A stretch of DNA of 64,000 nucleotides, from the sequence record OQ223305.1; one strand, given 5' to 3'. The stretch is from Escherichia phage EO1. Position numbers and translations under genes: made by a program. The notes below the pieces were generated by a model that saw only the letters and a list, made by a program, of their open reading frames with translations, was not told where the DNA came from and did not search any database. This document shows, piece after piece, positions 23,412 to 41,300 of this stretch. Position 1 is the stretch's first letter. The number at the start of each line of letters is the position of its first letter.

Positions 23412-23903
23412 TTATTCCCAATAATCGAGAGCGAGAGTTACTTCAAAGGTTTGGATTTCATTGTTTGAATCCCAATCTAACTGAAGTTCACCCACGTTAG
23501 TAGGCCACAGGCCTTTAATTTCGACTTCTTTTGTTACAGTTTTAGCGTCACGAGCATATTGGCGTACAATAGCACTCTTTTTATACTCTGCTGGTTTTCC
23601 ACCAGTAATTTCGTTTCCTTGCCCAGCAGCAATGCTTTGCCAGTCAACAAACTTCTGACGAGCATCATGTGCCTCATCGTTCATTACTGTAATAGTCCAG
23701 TCATCGAATGTACGATCGCCTGCTACGTTAATTTTACGGTTCATAAATCCGACTGGAATTTTTTCTACAATACCAGCTGGTAAAGCAGTGGCTTTACATT
23801 GAAACGTAAAATTTTGTCCAAGATAAGAAATTTCTACTTGGAATAAGTTAGGTCGAGCAAAATCACCAGATTCAAACGCTCGTGTTACATCATCTACAAA
23901 CAT
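23412..23903 (-). CDS. 19: tail tube protein gp19
   Basis: 163-aa ORF. Length and position match T4 gp19. Confidence 0.85.
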   Translation of the reverse strand: MFVDDVTRAFESGDFARPNLFQVEISYLGQNFTFQCKATALPAGIVEKIPVGFMNRKINVAGDRTFDDWTITVMNDEAHDARQKFVDWQSIAAGQGNEITGGKPAEYKKSAIVRQYARDAKTVTKEVEIKGLWPTNVGELQLDWDSNNEIQTFEVTLALDYWE

Positions 23904-23927
23904 ATTAGCCTCTGTAGTATTTATATC

Positions 23928-23935
23928 CCTATGTT
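23928..23935 (-). promoter_or_regulatory. late promoter TATAAATA for gene 19
   Basis: Minus-strand TATAAATA about 25 nt upstream of the gene 19 ATG. Confidence 0.55.
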
Positions 23936-24019
23936 TAACCTAGGGCATATAGAATTAAAGAATTAAGGATATAGTGTATTTATATGGCCTGCCGAAACAG
24001 GCCTTTAGAATGCACCGTA

Positions 24020-25999
24020 TTAACCTGCAAGACCAGTTAACTCATCGAAATCTGCACCTGTAGCAGTTGCTACGAAGTTCAAGGTAATGTAGTTAATGCT
24101 TCTAGCCGGTTGGATGTAGAATGTTGCAACAAACTCATTTCTATCAATTACTGACGGAGTGTTATTTGTTGTATCGCAAACTACACGATATTCATAAATT
24201 CCACCGAGAGCTTTAATTCCCTGTAAGTATTGGGCAGTTTCTGTGCGGAATGATGAACGAGTAAACGCGTTGTTTAATTCGAACAAACGATATTTTGAAC
24301 TACGTCCGATATTCGTTTTCAACATATTAAACAGACGACGAACGTTAATACGATCAAATGGAGAAGGAACAGAAGTAGCTGTTTTATCACCATATAATAC
24401 GTAACCATCACCACCTGTACCAGTTACTGGGTTGATAGCTTCTTGATATAAACGGTCGCGCTGAGCTTGGCGAGTTTCAATAGCAAGTTTAATAACGTTA
24501 AGAATCTGGCCGCGATTATAACCAGCTGGAGACATCCAAGTCTGAGAAACGTTATCGGTTCTTGCACATAAACCGGCAATATCAGCTGCTAATGGAACCC
24601 AACGATTGACATCATTATATTTGTCATACTGATATTTGTAGTTACCATCAATTGCTGCGTAGGTTGAACTGATATTAAAGTTATTATCAGTGTATGAACC
24701 TGTTGCAGTTCTCCAATTGACTAAGTTATCAACAGCGCGAGTTACAGGAATTCCAACTACAGTTTCGCGCGGTGGTGAGCACAATACTAAGCAATCCTGG
24801 CGAGCATCCCCAATTGAAACGACGTGTTTTTGGACAGTAGATGCTGTTTCTAAAGATTCACCGGCACAAGAACCCGCAATAAACAACTGAACGTCAACAG
24901 ATTCACGGTCAGCAAAGAAGTCCCAAGCTTCCATCAAATCTCCTGCTGTTACTTCAGCATTTGATGATAATCCACCAGACAGAGTTAAAATTCCAGAGAA
25001 TCCTTCTGGCCAGTTTTGTGCAGTTGCGAAAATATATTCTGAACCACCTTTTGCGAAAAAGTCATCAATGTAGATGTTACTATCGTAAATATCTTTTTCA
25101 CCACGCTTTGTTGAAAGAACAACGCTTTGAACAATAGCATCATTACGACGAACTATAATAGCGTATTGCGAATCAGTTTGTGGTCCATATCCAAACACTG
25201 CTTTGGCAGTAGATGCACGTGTTCCGCCACCTGGATAAATTGGGAGTAATGCAGAAGCACCTTTTGCGTAGTCAGCTTTAGATACGATTTCAATTTCGAT
25301 TTTATCGCCCAACTCGCCCGGATAAAGAGCTACTACTCCTGGAATTCCATATTTTTCGAGATTTGTTTGAAATTCAACCGCTGTCATAGCAGCTTCGGCA
25401 TTTTCAATTTCAGCTAATAAAATACCAGAATCAGTAATAATTTTTCCAAGAGTTATTACTGCAGCTAAACCAGAGGAAGACGAAGAAATTTCCGCGGTCC
25501 AGTTAGAACCTAATGCTGGATATTCACCGACTTCTTTCGCTTTAGCGATAATTTTTGCAGTAGGAATATTAATTTTCTTAATTTTTCCATCAGCATCTAC
25601 TTCGGTAATTTTACCTTCCGTTTCAATGTCTTCTGAAACATACTTAACTGTGATTTTATCTCCAACCGCGTAGTTACTACCTGGGGTAGAAATAGTGTAT
25701 TCAATATTACCAGCAATCGGAGATGAGTTTTTAGCGGTATCTCTATCGACAGCACGCACAACTCGCAAATCATTTCCGTATTGTAAGAAATTCATTGCAG
25801 ACATAAAATAGTCAGCAGTTTCAGCTGTAGGTTGACCAAAAGTATTAACTAAATCTACTTCATTTGTAACCTGTTTGATCTGAAAAGCAGGACCCCACTG
25901 GAATTTACCGGCCAAAGCTGCTGTACCAGTAGAGTTATTAACCACGGTGCTTTGAACCGTAGTTTCTTTGAGCTCAATGCCCGGAGATAATAAAGTCAT
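24020..25999 (-). CDS. 18: tail sheath protein gp18
   Basis: 659-aa ORF. Length and synteny match T4 gp18. Confidence 0.9.
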   Translation of the reverse strand: MTLLSPGIELKETTVQSTVVNNSTGTAALAGKFQWGPAFQIKQVTNEVDLVNTFGQPTAETADYFMSAMNFLQYGNDLRVVRAVDRDTAKNSSPIAGNIEYTISTPGSNYAVGDKITVKYVSEDIETEGKITEVDADGKIKKINIPTAKIIAKAKEVGEYPALGSNWTAEISSSSSGLAAVITLGKIITDSGILLAEIENAEAAMTAVEFQTNLEKYGIPGVVALYPGELGDKIEIEIVSKADYAKGASALLPIYPGGGTRASTAKAVFGYGPQTDSQYAIIVRRNDAIVQSVVLSTKRGEKDIYDSNIYIDDFFAKGGSEYIFATAQNWPEGFSGILTLSGGLSSNAEVTAGDLMEAWDFFADRESVDVQLFIAGSCAGESLETASTVQKHVVSIGDARQDCLVLCSPPRETVVGIPVTRAVDNLVNWRTATGSYTDNNFNISSTYAAIDGNYKYQYDKYNDVNRWVPLAADIAGLCARTDNVSQTWMSPAGYNRGQILNVIKLAIETRQAQRDRLYQEAINPVTGTGGDGYVLYGDKTATSVPSPFDRINVRRLFNMLKTNIGRSSKYRLFELNNAFTRSSFRTETAQYLQGIKALGGIYEYRVVCDTTNNTPSVIDRNEFVATFYIQPARSINYITLNFVATATGADFDELTGLAG

Positions 26000-26027
26000 T
26001 TTTAATCCTCTTTAATATGCTTTAATA

Positions 26028-29168
<3,141 letters not shown>

Positions 29169-29209
29169 GATTTCTCCTAATCTGGGCTTTAATTAGTTTA
29201 TAATATTTA

Positions 29210-30911
<1,702 letters not shown>

Positions 30912-30913
30912 TT

Positions 30914-30942
30914 AAAAAAATCCTTTGGGGCCTTGCGGCCCC
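30914..30942 (-). terminator. rho-independent terminator after wac
   Basis: GGGGCC-GCAA-GGCCCC hairpin followed by a T7 run on the minus strand. Confidence 0.6.
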
Positions 30943-30945
30943 ATG

Positions 30946-32403
30946 TTATGCTGGTGATAAAAAGGTAGAAAGTAGTACCCATTCGCCGTCTTTACGAACG
31001 TAAGCTTGGCCATCTTTTGGAGCTTCAGGGATATAACCTGCTTCCTGTAAAGTCTGAACATCCCCCTGTAATGAAGATACATTACTTTTAATACTACGCA
31101 TTTCTTGATTAATAGAAGAAATGTTAGTTTCATTAGCTTTTATTGAATTAGTTAATCCGCGCTCTTCTACTGTTGAACCATTTGGATTTGTGCCGCTTAC
31201 TAGTTTATTTAGTGCAACAACTTGGCCTTTAATTCCAGTAGTGTTATTACCAATTTCAACTTGTAAGTTTTGAACATCATTGTTCAGTCTATTAACTGAA
31301 GTTTCAACAGTTGAAACCCTATTTAAAAGAGACCCAGGAGGAGAAGGCTGACCTCCACTAGAATCAGTTCCAACGATTTGGTTTAGCCATGAAACGTTTG
31401 CTCGTAGTCCAGATGAAGTGTTTTCACCAACAATTCCATTTAAAAACTCAATTGATGTTGTATTATCTTTAATTTGACCTTTAATACTAGAAGGAATATC
31501 ATCTGAGCCAATTGACGTTTCAATGACAGTCAATCGTTGTTTAATACCTCCGCTTTTATTTAGTTCATCATTTAAAGCTGAAATTTCTTGTGTATTAGTG
31601 TTAACATCTGTGATTATTGAAGTATTTCCTGGATATCCAATAGAAGTTTTGATAGATTTAATTTCGGAACTAAGATTAATCTGCGATTGATCTAAATTAT
31701 GAACACGTGAATATATGCTTTCACTGAATGAAGATGGTCTTTGTCCAAGTTCTTGTCTAAGATTTCCAACTTCAATTGTCAGTGAACCTACATCAGATTC
31801 AATAAATTTTTCTTCCAAATCACTTAGACGTATTCCTTGGGAAGTTATAGCATCTGTATTATTAATGATGCGGTGCTTCATACCCGTGCTGCTATTTCCT
31901 ACAACAGGAAGACCATTGATGTCTTGCCCAGCATATTGTCCTAATTCCCTTTTAATCCATAACAAATCATTTCTAATCGTTCTATAAACTGAATTTGCTT
32001 GCGAATTAAATGGACCAATATCAGAAAGAATATTATCAACCGTAGTATTTGTGCCATTTAATATATCAGTATGTTCATTCGTGAGTGTCTTTAAATTTGA
32101 TATATCATTTTTATTAACACTGATCTGTGATAGCGCTTCTATATCTCCTGATACATCTAAAATGCCTTGAATGGTTTTAATATCTTCCTGAGATGTTTCA
32201 ATGGCAGTTTTAAGAATTCCTACATTTTCGTCGAGAACCTCGACATTTTTAAACACAGAAACAGTTGGTCTATTCATTGACCCATCGTTTCCATACTTAG
32301 TACTAGCTCCTAATATTTCTTCACCATTTTTAATCCATGAAATACGTTCCTGACCTTCGCCAGGAACGCTATCAACAAAAGGTAACTCTTTTAATTCAAT
32401 CAT
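30946..32403 (-). CDS. wac: fibritin (whiskers) Wac
   Basis: 485-aa coiled-coil ORF ending with the foldon [30 protein letters not shown]. Confidence 0.9.
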   Translation of the reverse strand: MIELKELPFVDSVPGEGQERISWIKNGEEILGASTKYGNDGSMNRPTVSVFKNVEVLDENVGILKTAIETSQEDIKTIQGILDVSGDIEALSQISVNKNDISNLKTLTNEHTDILNGTNTTVDNILSDIGPFNSQANSVYRTIRNDLLWIKRELGQYAGQDINGLPVVGNSSTGMKHRIINNTDAITSQGIRLSDLEEKFIESDVGSLTIEVGNLRQELGQRPSSFSESIYSRVHNLDQSQINLSSEIKSIKTSIGYPGNTSIITDVNTNTQEISALNDELNKSGGIKQRLTVIETSIGSDDIPSSIKGQIKDNTTSIEFLNGIVGENTSSGLRANVSWLNQIVGTDSSGGQPSPPGSLLNRVSTVETSVNRLNNDVQNLQVEIGNNTTGIKGQVVALNKLVSGTNPNGSTVEERGLTNSIKANETNISSINQEMRSIKSNVSSLQGDVQTLQEAGYIPEAPKDGQAYVRKDGEWVLLSTFLSPA

Positions 32404-32412
32404 TTGTAATCC

Positions 32413-33963
32413 TTAGTAATGAATTTTAATAATATAGTTTAATGATATATTCCATGGTCTAGTTTCATAACCAATTAATCCTTCACGATTAAGTGTACCA
32501 AGGGCATCTCTCGGTCCACCCAATTCAAATCCATCATTAGTGAAGTATGAAGCATTATCCCAGTCGGCATATTTTCTAGTTCCAAGATATCCTTGATAAA
32601 CGGACGCACCAAATGGAGCTTCATGTCTTTGGTATTCTCCCCAACCACCAGCATGTTTATGGTATGACATTTGTTGTGCCTGAACGCCACCAACATGCAT
32701 TCCGTCGCATCCTACACCAAGTCTATCCTTCCCATAGCCATCTTGTCCTCGTTGATTTAAAATATGACCGCCCGTGCCAGCTCCTCTGACGAAAAGACCT
32801 CTCATATCAGGAATGCCAGGGTTATTCCAATCACCACCAAATCTTGTTCCAACTGTGTTTCTATAATCAGGATATTGATCTCCTGACACTGTTCCACCAT
32901 GGCACATAATCCAACCCGGAGGTGCTGAATCTCCCGCAAACATCATAATAGTTCCAACTGGAACCCTTTCTGACGCATATCTTTCAGTGGCAACAGGTTG
33001 ATCGCCATTTTTCCACATTCCGCCGCGCGACCAAATTCCGTTTGCTGTAAGATGGTCTAAATTTAAAGAACCATTAATAGTTTGTCCACCACGAGTATTA
33101 ATTACATCTGCGTTCCATGCTAATGCACCAGAGCTATCACCTTCAGGGGCAATACCGGCTTGCGTCGTTAATTTTACCACCCCACGCATAGAACCAGTAG
33201 CTCCTCGACCATTTAGTGTTTCACCTGTTACTGCAACATCTCCTAAATTACTGTTAATTTCCGATTGTGTTCCTAAACGTATAACACCCTTATATTCTTG
33301 TGTTGCAACAGAATTCATAAAGGTATACGGAGAAATTGCATATCCTTCGCGGAGAGTTCCTTGACGAGTTTGCGCAACAGTAGATAATTGAACTACACCT
33401 CTCACAGATTCTGATGCAGTATCTTCGGAAGGAGCTATTTGTGAAATTAATTTTATTGCAAGTTTTTGCGTTTTTAATGGAGTCATTGCCGTAGTATCAT
33501 CAACTCCAGCTAAAGCTGCAGGTGTAGATGATATTTTAATAACCCCATTTGATGACTCAGACGAATATCTATTTTGGAACACATCGTCAGTATGGTATTT
33601 CAGTTTTTGCGGCGTTATTGATGAATTATTATCTGAGCCTTCTAATGTTTCTTCATTTGTTGAATAGCGCGTTAAACCATACTTAGTTTCAGTAGCATTT
33701 GGATACAATAATCTTGTTGCTAATGTAGCTGGTGTAACGATTTTAGAATTATTAGTTCCATCTAAAACCTCTTGCTCTGACGCAATCATTGCTATTCCTT
33801 TAACTTCCATAGTTGCATCAGGAATACCATTTACGCCGATATTACTTATTTTTGATAATGCAGACTGCACTGTCGTGACAGTGTCAGGAAAATTCGATCC
33901 TACTGGATCGAATTTAACATATTTTGATTCATTTGATACGTGCTGATATGTATTGTTACTCAT
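32413..33963 (-). CDS. 12: short tail fiber gp12
   Basis: 516-aa ORF. N-terminus [13 protein letters not shown] matches recalled T4 gp12 (about 527 aa there). Confidence 0.8.
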   Translation of the reverse strand: MSNNTYQHVSNESKYVKFDPVGSNFPDTVTTVQSALSKISNIGVNGIPDATMEVKGIAMIASEQEVLDGTNNSKIVTPATLATRLLYPNATETKYGLTRYSTNEETLEGSDNNSSITPQKLKYHTDDVFQNRYSSESSNGVIKISSTPAALAGVDDTTAMTPLKTQKLAIKLISQIAPSEDTASESVRGVVQLSTVAQTRQGTLREGYAISPYTFMNSVATQEYKGVIRLGTQSEINSNLGDVAVTGETLNGRGATGSMRGVVKLTTQAGIAPEGDSSGALAWNADVINTRGGQTINGSLNLDHLTANGIWSRGGMWKNGDQPVATERYASERVPVGTIMMFAGDSAPPGWIMCHGGTVSGDQYPDYRNTVGTRFGGDWNNPGIPDMRGLFVRGAGTGGHILNQRGQDGYGKDRLGVGCDGMHVGGVQAQQMSYHKHAGGWGEYQRHEAPFGASVYQGYLGTRKYADWDNASYFTNDGFELGGPRDALGTLNREGLIGYETRPWNISLNYIIKIHY

Positions 33964-34619
33964 GCTATTCTCTCAAAATAATAAAATACTGTAGGTTGTG
34001 TGTGACTATCTAGCGTGACAGTTTGCGCACCTAATAATTGCCAAGTTCCGTATCCAGGTTTAGAAGGAGAAATTATTTCCTGTTTGAAAGTAATTCCTTT
34101 ATCAGAGTATTGTTCTAAGATATGTTCTTGGTTATCTAAATACTTAACTTGTATTTTATTTCCTATGGTAGGATGGTCTTCAAATGAATCAATTGCAATA
34201 AATTTTGCAACCATTTCCTGTAGAGCTGTTCTAACGGCACTGGTAAATTCGATTGAAGTCATTCCGTTAGTAGCTTTAACAGGAATGCCAAACATGTTAA
34301 CAATAACTGGGTCTCCGGGTTTAGCTGAAGTATCAGTAACAGTTCCTTCAAATGACCAATAGTCTGTTTGCTGCACGCCAGTAGGAGATACGCCGCTTAT
34401 ATTAACTAATACAGCTCCAACTTGTTGCTCTGCCATATTTCTAACATCATTGATAGCAGATTCTACATTTGGGTCATAAAAACCCTTTGCTATTTGTGAA
34501 ATTGTTACAGCGCCTACTGGCTGATTATTCATAACCGAAATATCATTTTTCTTAGTTCTAAAACCAAGAAAATCTGCTAAGCGGGAAATAACTCCCGCTT
34601 TATTATTAAGTAAACTCAT
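33960..34619 (-). CDS. 11: baseplate wedge / short tail fiber attachment gp11
   Basis: Track start at 34637 is a TTG. ATG at 34619 gives 219 aa ([20 protein letters not shown]), matching recalled T4 gp11, and overlaps the gp10 stop (TAATG). Confidence 0.8.
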   Translation of the reverse strand: MSLLNNKAGVISRLADFLGFRTKKNDISVMNNQPVGAVTISQIAKGFYDPNVESAINDVRNMAEQQVGAVLVNISGVSPTGVQQTDYWSFEGTVTDTSAKPGDPVIVNMFGIPVKATNGMTSIEFTSAVRTALQEMVAKFIAIDSFEDHPTIGNKIQVKYLDNQEHILEQYSDKGITFKQEIISPSKPGYGTWQLLGAQTVTLDSHTQPTVFYYFERIA

Positions 34620-36424
34620 TATGCAATCCTTATCCAACGGTATACAGTAATAGACGGTTGAATATTACTAATATTAGCAGGAGGAGTATGTGAAGAGTTT
34701 GTTGTTGCGTAATCTTCACGGTATTTTGTATATATAGGACCAGTTTCATCTGGGTCATATTGGCAACCTCCAATAATAACCGATCCATTTTCGTCTTCAA
34801 TTAAAACTCTTTCGTCGGTTTTAGTTGCAGGAAGATTTGCGTTTTCAAGCGTTACTGATGTTGTTCCAACCGTTCCACCGGCAGTATGTGAAGGATTTCC
34901 ACTAGAATCTAAATCATTATTGTTTAAAGCAAAGTTTGGATCCGTAACATCATCATTCCATCCTACTAAAACTTGTCCTTTACCAAATAATTTCCATGAA
35001 CCAAATCCCATATAAGTCACCGGATTATTTGGATTTATAGCATTTTCATAAATTGAACCTACAGGATAAATGCTATCGAAAATAGATGATATTGAATTAT
35101 ACGTTCTAGTATAAGAATCAACTTTTTCAACATTTGGCCAACCGATTTTATCGAAATCTGTTAAGGCCACATCACCAGTAACTTCAGTAGATGATCCTTT
35201 GCTAACATAGCGGTCATCAGTCAATTCAATAATGTCATCTTTTTCTAAAAGAGTTCCTAAATCGTTATTGAACCATGTTATAACGATAATGTCACCGGAT
35301 TCAAATTTTCTATCAAATAAAAGACTGGTAGGTTTTCCATCTTCATATTCTATAGAATAATCTGTGTTTGATTCTTTCCATTCGCCACCAAGAGATATAC
35401 ATCCTTCTTGTGTATCTGAACTAGCGCCTTCACACAAAAACAGAGGATATCCAGCTGTTCCAGCCTGCTGTTGTAAAATTCCATTAAAACGAACCTCAAG
35501 AGAGTTAGGATTAATGGGTTCACCAGGAATTAATCCAAATGCAGAAAATGGAATTGATTTCATCGCCGATAAATCAGTAACATAAATGCTTCCTTCTAAA
35601 GAAGTCTTTGATGTTAGTTTTGAATCTAGTACTTTTATTTGGCGTCTAGTATATGAACTTCTCCATTGTGATACACCATCCATAAATGTTTCAATTTGAA
35701 CAGTGTCACCAATATTACAAGGCTGTCTTAATCGAATATTAAATCCATCAAGAGGAACTAATTCGCCTTCATTTTCGCCCGGAGAGCCAAAGTCACTGTT
35801 TTCGCTAAATACATCACCGTAATACAATTCGTTACCACGATGTTTTACTCTGATGTTATTGACATTATAACTAGTTCCATTAAAAACATCTAAAAAGTCT
35901 GTTTGCCCTTGAACTTCGACTAAAAATTCTTTACGAGCTACATTACTAATGTCTGAACTAATAATTTTATCAATTTGCTTATTTTTGACATACTCCCAGC
36001 GTCCTGGAGCGCAATAAACGAGCTCTAAATCACTAAATTGAATATTAATTTCAACTGACGATGACGACCCTTTAATTGTATCTCCGGAAGCAGCTACTAA
36101 AGTAACTGGATTGATGTTCCATGTAGCGAATACGTCTCTAGCTCTAATTACCTTGTTGTAATCATTAACAGTTCCTTTAGGAAGTTGTAGAGTTACTCTT
36201 CCAGACGAAGTATTAATGGCATATGATTTTCCCCATTCTGCCGTTAGTGTTTGTCCAGATGAAGCATTATAAGTTTTCCAGGCACCGGCTGAATATGGAA
36301 CATCTCCATCACCAAGTTCATAATAAAGTTCATCAAAGTTTTCATTTATTTTTATACCACCTTTACGCAGGTAGTCACCGGTACCATCATCAACAACATT
36401 ACCGATATTAATATTTTGTTTCAT
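34619..36424 (-). CDS. 10: baseplate wedge gp10
   Basis: 601-aa ORF. Length and synteny match T4 gp10. Confidence 0.8.
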   Translation of the reverse strand: MKQNINIGNVVDDGTGDYLRKGGIKINENFDELYYELGDGDVPYSAGAWKTYNASSGQTLTAEWGKSYAINTSSGRVTLQLPKGTVNDYNKVIRARDVFATWNINPVTLVAASGDTIKGSSSSVEINIQFSDLELVYCAPGRWEYVKNKQIDKIISSDISNVARKEFLVEVQGQTDFLDVFNGTSYNVNNIRVKHRGNELYYGDVFSENSDFGSPGENEGELVPLDGFNIRLRQPCNIGDTVQIETFMDGVSQWRSSYTRRQIKVLDSKLTSKTSLEGSIYVTDLSAMKSIPFSAFGLIPGEPINPNSLEVRFNGILQQQAGTAGYPLFLCEGASSDTQEGCISLGGEWKESNTDYSIEYEDGKPTSLLFDRKFESGDIIVITWFNNDLGTLLEKDDIIELTDDRYVSKGSSTEVTGDVALTDFDKIGWPNVEKVDSYTRTYNSISSIFDSIYPVGSIYENAINPNNPVTYMGFGSWKLFGKGQVLVGWNDDVTDPNFALNNNDLDSSGNPSHTAGGTVGTTSVTLENANLPATKTDERVLIEDENGSVIIGGCQYDPDETGPIYTKYREDYATTNSSHTPPANISNIQPSITVYRWIRIA

Positions 36425-37290
36425 TATTGAGCCACCCCGATTTTCTGCGTAGCGATAACTTTAACTGCTGCTCTCATACCGACAGTTGAAGAACTTATAG
36501 TCGCCGTTACATAATTTTCTTTAATACTAAATGCAATATTAGCGATTTCGTCTTCTTCGGTTTCATTCCCAACCCGCATGACAGCATATTCAGAAGAAAT
36601 GACCGTTGAATTAACAGTATCTACAAGAATATTTATTTCTGCCGTTTTAATTTTTCTTCCATCTACCGATTGACACGTAACTAGTAATTTAGCCATATTG
36701 TATTCAGTACGATGAAATAATGGAATGTCAACTGATCCGGATGTAGAAATATTCCATGTACCTTCAGCCGGTGATTCCTTTTGGCCAAACATACTTTCAA
36801 TAGAATAATTCCAAACTGACGTAGAATTATCAGATGAAATACAACGTAAAGTAACTTTACTATATGGGCTAGTTACTACCAAATTACCTGAAACACCTTT
36901 AATTGAATCAATCGCTTGAATCGTTAAAGGATTGGTAACTGATATAGATCCATTTGAGTTAATAAATTCAACGCAATCACCAAGTTCGCCTCTTTCAATG
37001 ATAACTTTAACACCTACAGCAGAGGTATCAATATCGTGTCTAGTACCAACTTTCACCGGAGTTGCGTACTCTGTGATAGAATGCTTTTGATAATATCCAG
37101 TAGCATGGATAATTTGGCCGTCAGCACCAGTACCATTTGCTACTGCCATTTTACGCTGATCGCCAAACGCGTTATAAATTGCATTAAAATCACTATTAAT
37201 TTTATTACCACCGTCGAATAAGATATCACCAGTAGAAGCGTTACCAATTTCGCCGGTATCAATCAATTTCTTTGGTTCTTGAATGAACAT
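36424..37290 (-). CDS. 9: baseplate wedge / long tail fiber connector gp9
   Basis: 288-aa ORF. Length matches T4 gp9. Confidence 0.8.
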   Translation of the reverse strand: MFIQEPKKLIDTGEIGNASTGDILFDGGNKINSDFNAIYNAFGDQRKMAVANGTGADGQIIHATGYYQKHSITEYATPVKVGTRHDIDTSAVGVKVIIERGELGDCVEFINSNGSISVTNPLTIQAIDSIKGVSGNLVVTSPYSKVTLRCISSDNSTSVWNYSIESMFGQKESPAEGTWNISTSGSVDIPLFHRTEYNMAKLLVTCQSVDGRKIKTAEINILVDTVNSTVISSEYAVMRVGNETEEDEIANIAFSIKENYVTATISSSTVGMRAAVKVIATQKIGVAQ

Positions 37291-37314
37291 AGCGGTTTCC
37301 TTATGAGTTTATAG

Positions 37315-37322
37315 TATTTATA
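37315..37322 (-). promoter_or_regulatory. late promoter TATAAATA for gene 9
   Basis: Minus-strand TATAAATA about 25 nt upstream of the gene 9 ATG. Confidence 0.55.
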
Positions 37323-37329
37323 AAGAAAA

Positions 37330-37347
37330 AGGGAGCCCATGGGCTCC
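37330..37347 (-). terminator. rho-independent terminator after gene 8
   Basis: GGGAGCC-CATG-GGCTCCC palindrome followed by TTTTTCTTT on the minus strand. Confidence 0.7.
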
Positions 37348-37353
37348 CTTAAT

Positions 37354-38358
37354 TTAAAATGTAAACAGAATATTGATTTCTTCCGTTTGATCCATTGCCA
37401 TAATAATAGGTGGCCTATTTTCCATATAAATCATTTCGCCCGAATGCCTCATTAAATCTTCCGGATCATAGTAATCCTTTTCAGCTTTAACGTTTGGGTC
37501 ATTTGGATGAACTTTAGCTTCAAGAGGATTCGTGATTATCGATATTTGTCTAAATCCTTTATTTCCTGGCAATGCAGCTTCAGGAAAATAAACTGAATCT
37601 AAGTATGCTTTAAAACGAATAGTATTTGCCTTAACCCGGTAAATTAATCCAAAATCATCTTGCTGCCAAGTGAGGTTATCTTCATACCCCCATCTAGTCG
37701 GATCTTCTTTTAATTCCTCAGGCCAAGGAACCACGATATATTCATTCGTGCATCTGTTTATAGATACATCAGGCGGAATCTCAAAAAGATATTCCCATAC
37801 ATACCCGTCTCCAGGTTCGATTGTTCCTTCCGCGTCTCCTCGACCTTCAGGAGGAGTCATTGACCTAACAGAAGGAGTCCATTTTCCACCTAGCTTAAGG
37901 CATTCATCCTTATTAGTTAAAGACTCAATTGAGCACATTCCAGTATCAGGAACATCTAAACAACGATATACTAACCAGCCTGCGCCTGATTCGGTAGCGT
38001 TGTAAGGAGCTGAGTTACACACTACAATATCGTTAATTCTAAATGTGTATGGATCCGGATATCTAGTATCTCCCCAATCTCGACGAGGAATAACTGCATC
38101 AAGCATAGATGGAAGAACCTTCACGGTTCCCATCATATGAGTCCACATGTCAGTTACACCTAACACAGAATCGGTGGGATAAGGTGGGGCAAATCCCACC
38201 TCATTTTCGTTTGATGACCACGGTTCTGATCTTCCAAATGTAATAAAGATAGTGTTTTTATCCGGACCACTTCCAATTGAATTATAAAAATTCAACATTT
38301 TTTCTGTTCTAAATTTTGAAGTAACTATCGCACGATAGATAACACTTGAATCATTCAT
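37354..38358 (-). CDS. 8: baseplate wedge gp8
   Basis: 334-aa ORF. Length matches T4 gp8. Confidence 0.8.
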   Translation of the reverse strand: MNDSSVIYRAIVTSKFRTEKMLNFYNSIGSGPDKNTIFITFGRSEPWSSNENEVGFAPPYPTDSVLGVTDMWTHMMGTVKVLPSMLDAVIPRRDWGDTRYPDPYTFRINDIVVCNSAPYNATESGAGWLVYRCLDVPDTGMCSIESLTNKDECLKLGGKWTPSVRSMTPPEGRGDAEGTIEPGDGYVWEYLFEIPPDVSINRCTNEYIVVPWPEELKEDPTRWGYEDNLTWQQDDFGLIYRVKANTIRFKAYLDSVYFPEAALPGNKGFRQISIITNPLEAKVHPNDPNVKAEKDYYDPEDLMRHSGEMIYMENRPPIIMAMDQTEEINILFTF

Positions 38359-41300
38359 CTATTTTAACCTGTGTTGGATTTTCAGGGTCTCTTGGATTTC
38401 CTATATTATCTTTTAGACGTTTATTAACTAAATCCCTAAATTGCGCAAATGTTGTTCCAGATGCATCAAATAGAGGACTCATTAATTTACGTCGTTCAGA
38501 CGGCAATTGACCTTGAAATATTGAATTATTATTTTCAGCATTATAGTCATCAGGAAGAGGATATTCTACACCAGCCATTGGGCCAGGTTCATAAATTGCT
38601 TCGCCTGTTACCGAATCATGCTCAATTTCACCGGTTGGAGTCAATTTAGCTACTCTATCAGCATATTCAGTAGGCAATCCAGAATCCCATTTATAGTTTT
38701 TGTATTTATTAATTATAGTCTCTGTGTGTTTAAGGGTTAAACCAACATTAATAAACATTGTTAAAAGAGTAATTGCTATAAATCCAAATCCTACTGGATG
38801 AACAAAACGAATAACGTCAGATTTCCAGCGGGAAGAAGGTAAATTGGATTTAATTTTCATTACATAATATGATCTACTTCTATTAATATAGTCTATATTA
38901 TTTTGAAGCAAATCCTTTCCTTTAACCCCGCGAATAATTTCGCCTTCGAAACTAGGGAGTCTTTCTGCTTTAACTTCTTGACCGGCAATTAATCTTCCCA
39001 AAAGATTATGAATAGTTACGGTCCATTGCAATTTACCATTAGAATAGCTTCTTTCTATATAAGTAACATTACATCTTCCTGTAGCTGTATAAATCGTTTG
39101 TCCTACTAAATCTTCAGTCAAAGAATCAGATTGAACGATTATATCATATTCAGTACCAGCCCCAGATTCAATTTCAATTTCAACTTCTTCATTATAAAGA
39201 ACTTTAAAAAGAAATTTGTATGATGCTTCAATTCCTTTAGTAGAATAAAAATCATAGCTACGTGATTCAAAAAATCTTGCAACAGCATCGCGTTTATCAG
39301 CATTTAAATAAATGTTTCTTTTATATATCTCTGACCACAAATATTCCCACGCGTGCTCTTCTCGCGGATATTGGTTACGAATTAAATTTCGTAAATTGTT
39401 ATACTGAGTTCCATATCCATCAGAAAGATATTGAATATATGCTTCGCAAAATGCTTCAAAATTCGAATCCTGTAACAAATAAGAATCAGGCATCATTGTG
39501 CCAATTAATGGTCTTAAATCAGGGTCAGCTAATCCACGTTCTTCTTCTGGTGACCAAGGAGTTTCGCGCTCTTGGTTTTGTAAAAATGCTTTTAAAAATA
39601 CTTCAGTTGGTTTCCAAATAATTTCTACTGTATCTCTCACACGATAGTTAAAATCATAATAAGAAATTATTTCGCCAGAAGATTTGTAGAAAAGCATTCC
39701 AGATGCATATTTTTTAAATCCGGTGAATTTAACATTTGGCATTACTATAGTGCAATCGCCATCATCCCAGTATTCATGAACTAATCTATCTGGTGATGTT
39801 TCCGGAATATTTTCTATAACTTTAGTGTATTTTAAATCAGCATAAACTACTACAGCTTTATCAGAGTTGTTTATCCAGCACCGTGTATTAGACTTTTTAG
39901 ACCAGTTAAAGAATGGTTCTGCATAGTATTTCATTGGCTGAGGCGTAAAAGTTTCCCAATCAGACTTTTCATCTGCTATAAATGCCATCATATGATAATG
40001 CTTATCAGCTAACCATTCACGAGGAAATTCATATTTAACGGCACCGATTAACTGATATTTTGCTACAGTTTCAGAGTCATTAACAATATTATCACTTAAA
40101 AATTTAAAATTACTCGAAGATAGAGAAACTAATTTACCATCAGTTGACATATTCGCATACCCAGGTTGAATACGTCTTCTTTCTTCTTCAGTGTTGCCAA
40201 AAACTCTTTTCCACGTTTTTGTGTCATGATTTAAAACATATATTCCTTTATCAGCAGAATCAATTATTTTTGACGTTCTAGGATTAGCATTTAATGTTTC
40301 AACTTCGCCAATAATAAGAGCAAAAACTTTATCACCGATAGAATCCATTTTATAGCATACTGCTTTAGGATTTCCAGTTATAGTCATTGTATCAGGTTCA
40401 AAAAGTCTTTCCGAGTATGTTGGTGATAACGGGTCAGAATCTATAGGTGCATTACTCGTTTTTATATATCTAACTTTATCTCTGGCAACAACATAGATAT
40501 AATCATCCGTACAAGTAATGGCTTCAGCTATACGATATACATTCGCTGGTAAAGTCGCATAAGTAGCGAAGATTTCAACATCGAATCCTAAATGAAGTTG
40601 GTCTCCTAATTTAGCAAATGTTATATCCTGCGAACTGAATCTGACATCATCTGCTGACCATCTAACATCAGTAGATTTGCGACCATAGAAAATCTTGTCG
40701 TATCCTAGAACGTATGTTGTGTTTGCAGATTGGTAATATACAGTCTTAGATAAAGGATATCCTACACGGTCATTGAAGAGCTTTACAGCTTTCCAAGTTT
40801 GTCCTTTATCATTTGATACTTTAACTACGGGTTGATAGCGCTCAAAAAGATATAGAATCCCTTCTGATTCCATCAAATAAACTCGGTTAATATCCTTACA
40901 TACTTGCTGAATAGAACCTTGTATTTCATGATACTCGTTTTCACCAATAATAAAATTACTGATTGATGAGACATCAGCATACGATGGGCTGAACTGAAAT
41001 GATTCATTCATTAACGCAGCCATTATTGTGTCATTATTGAAATTGACATAATTAGAATTATTAAGAGTGAACTTTTCCTGAATGAATTTATTAGCTAATT
41101 GCATTTCAATCATATTTTGAAATGTGTAAGCATTCGTAGCAAAAGTTTCAAACTCTTCGGTATAAATCCAATCAGACTGCTCAAAATCTTGCGCAGCCGT
41201 AGATACTCTAATAACATATGATGTCAGTGGATCAGCATCATCAAAAAAGAAACTATTATTTGCTGTATATCCTAAATTAATCCAACGATATTGATTACTC

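Noticed and set aside
30912-31133. 73-aa ORF on the minus strand overlapping the 3' end of wac
   Set aside because: It lies entirely within the fibritin coding sequence in another frame, and the foldon-coding region is clearly the real reading frame.
36223-36411. His/Gln-rich 62-aa ORF (..HHQQHYRY)
   Set aside because: Antisense to gene 10 coding sequence; low-complexity chance frame.
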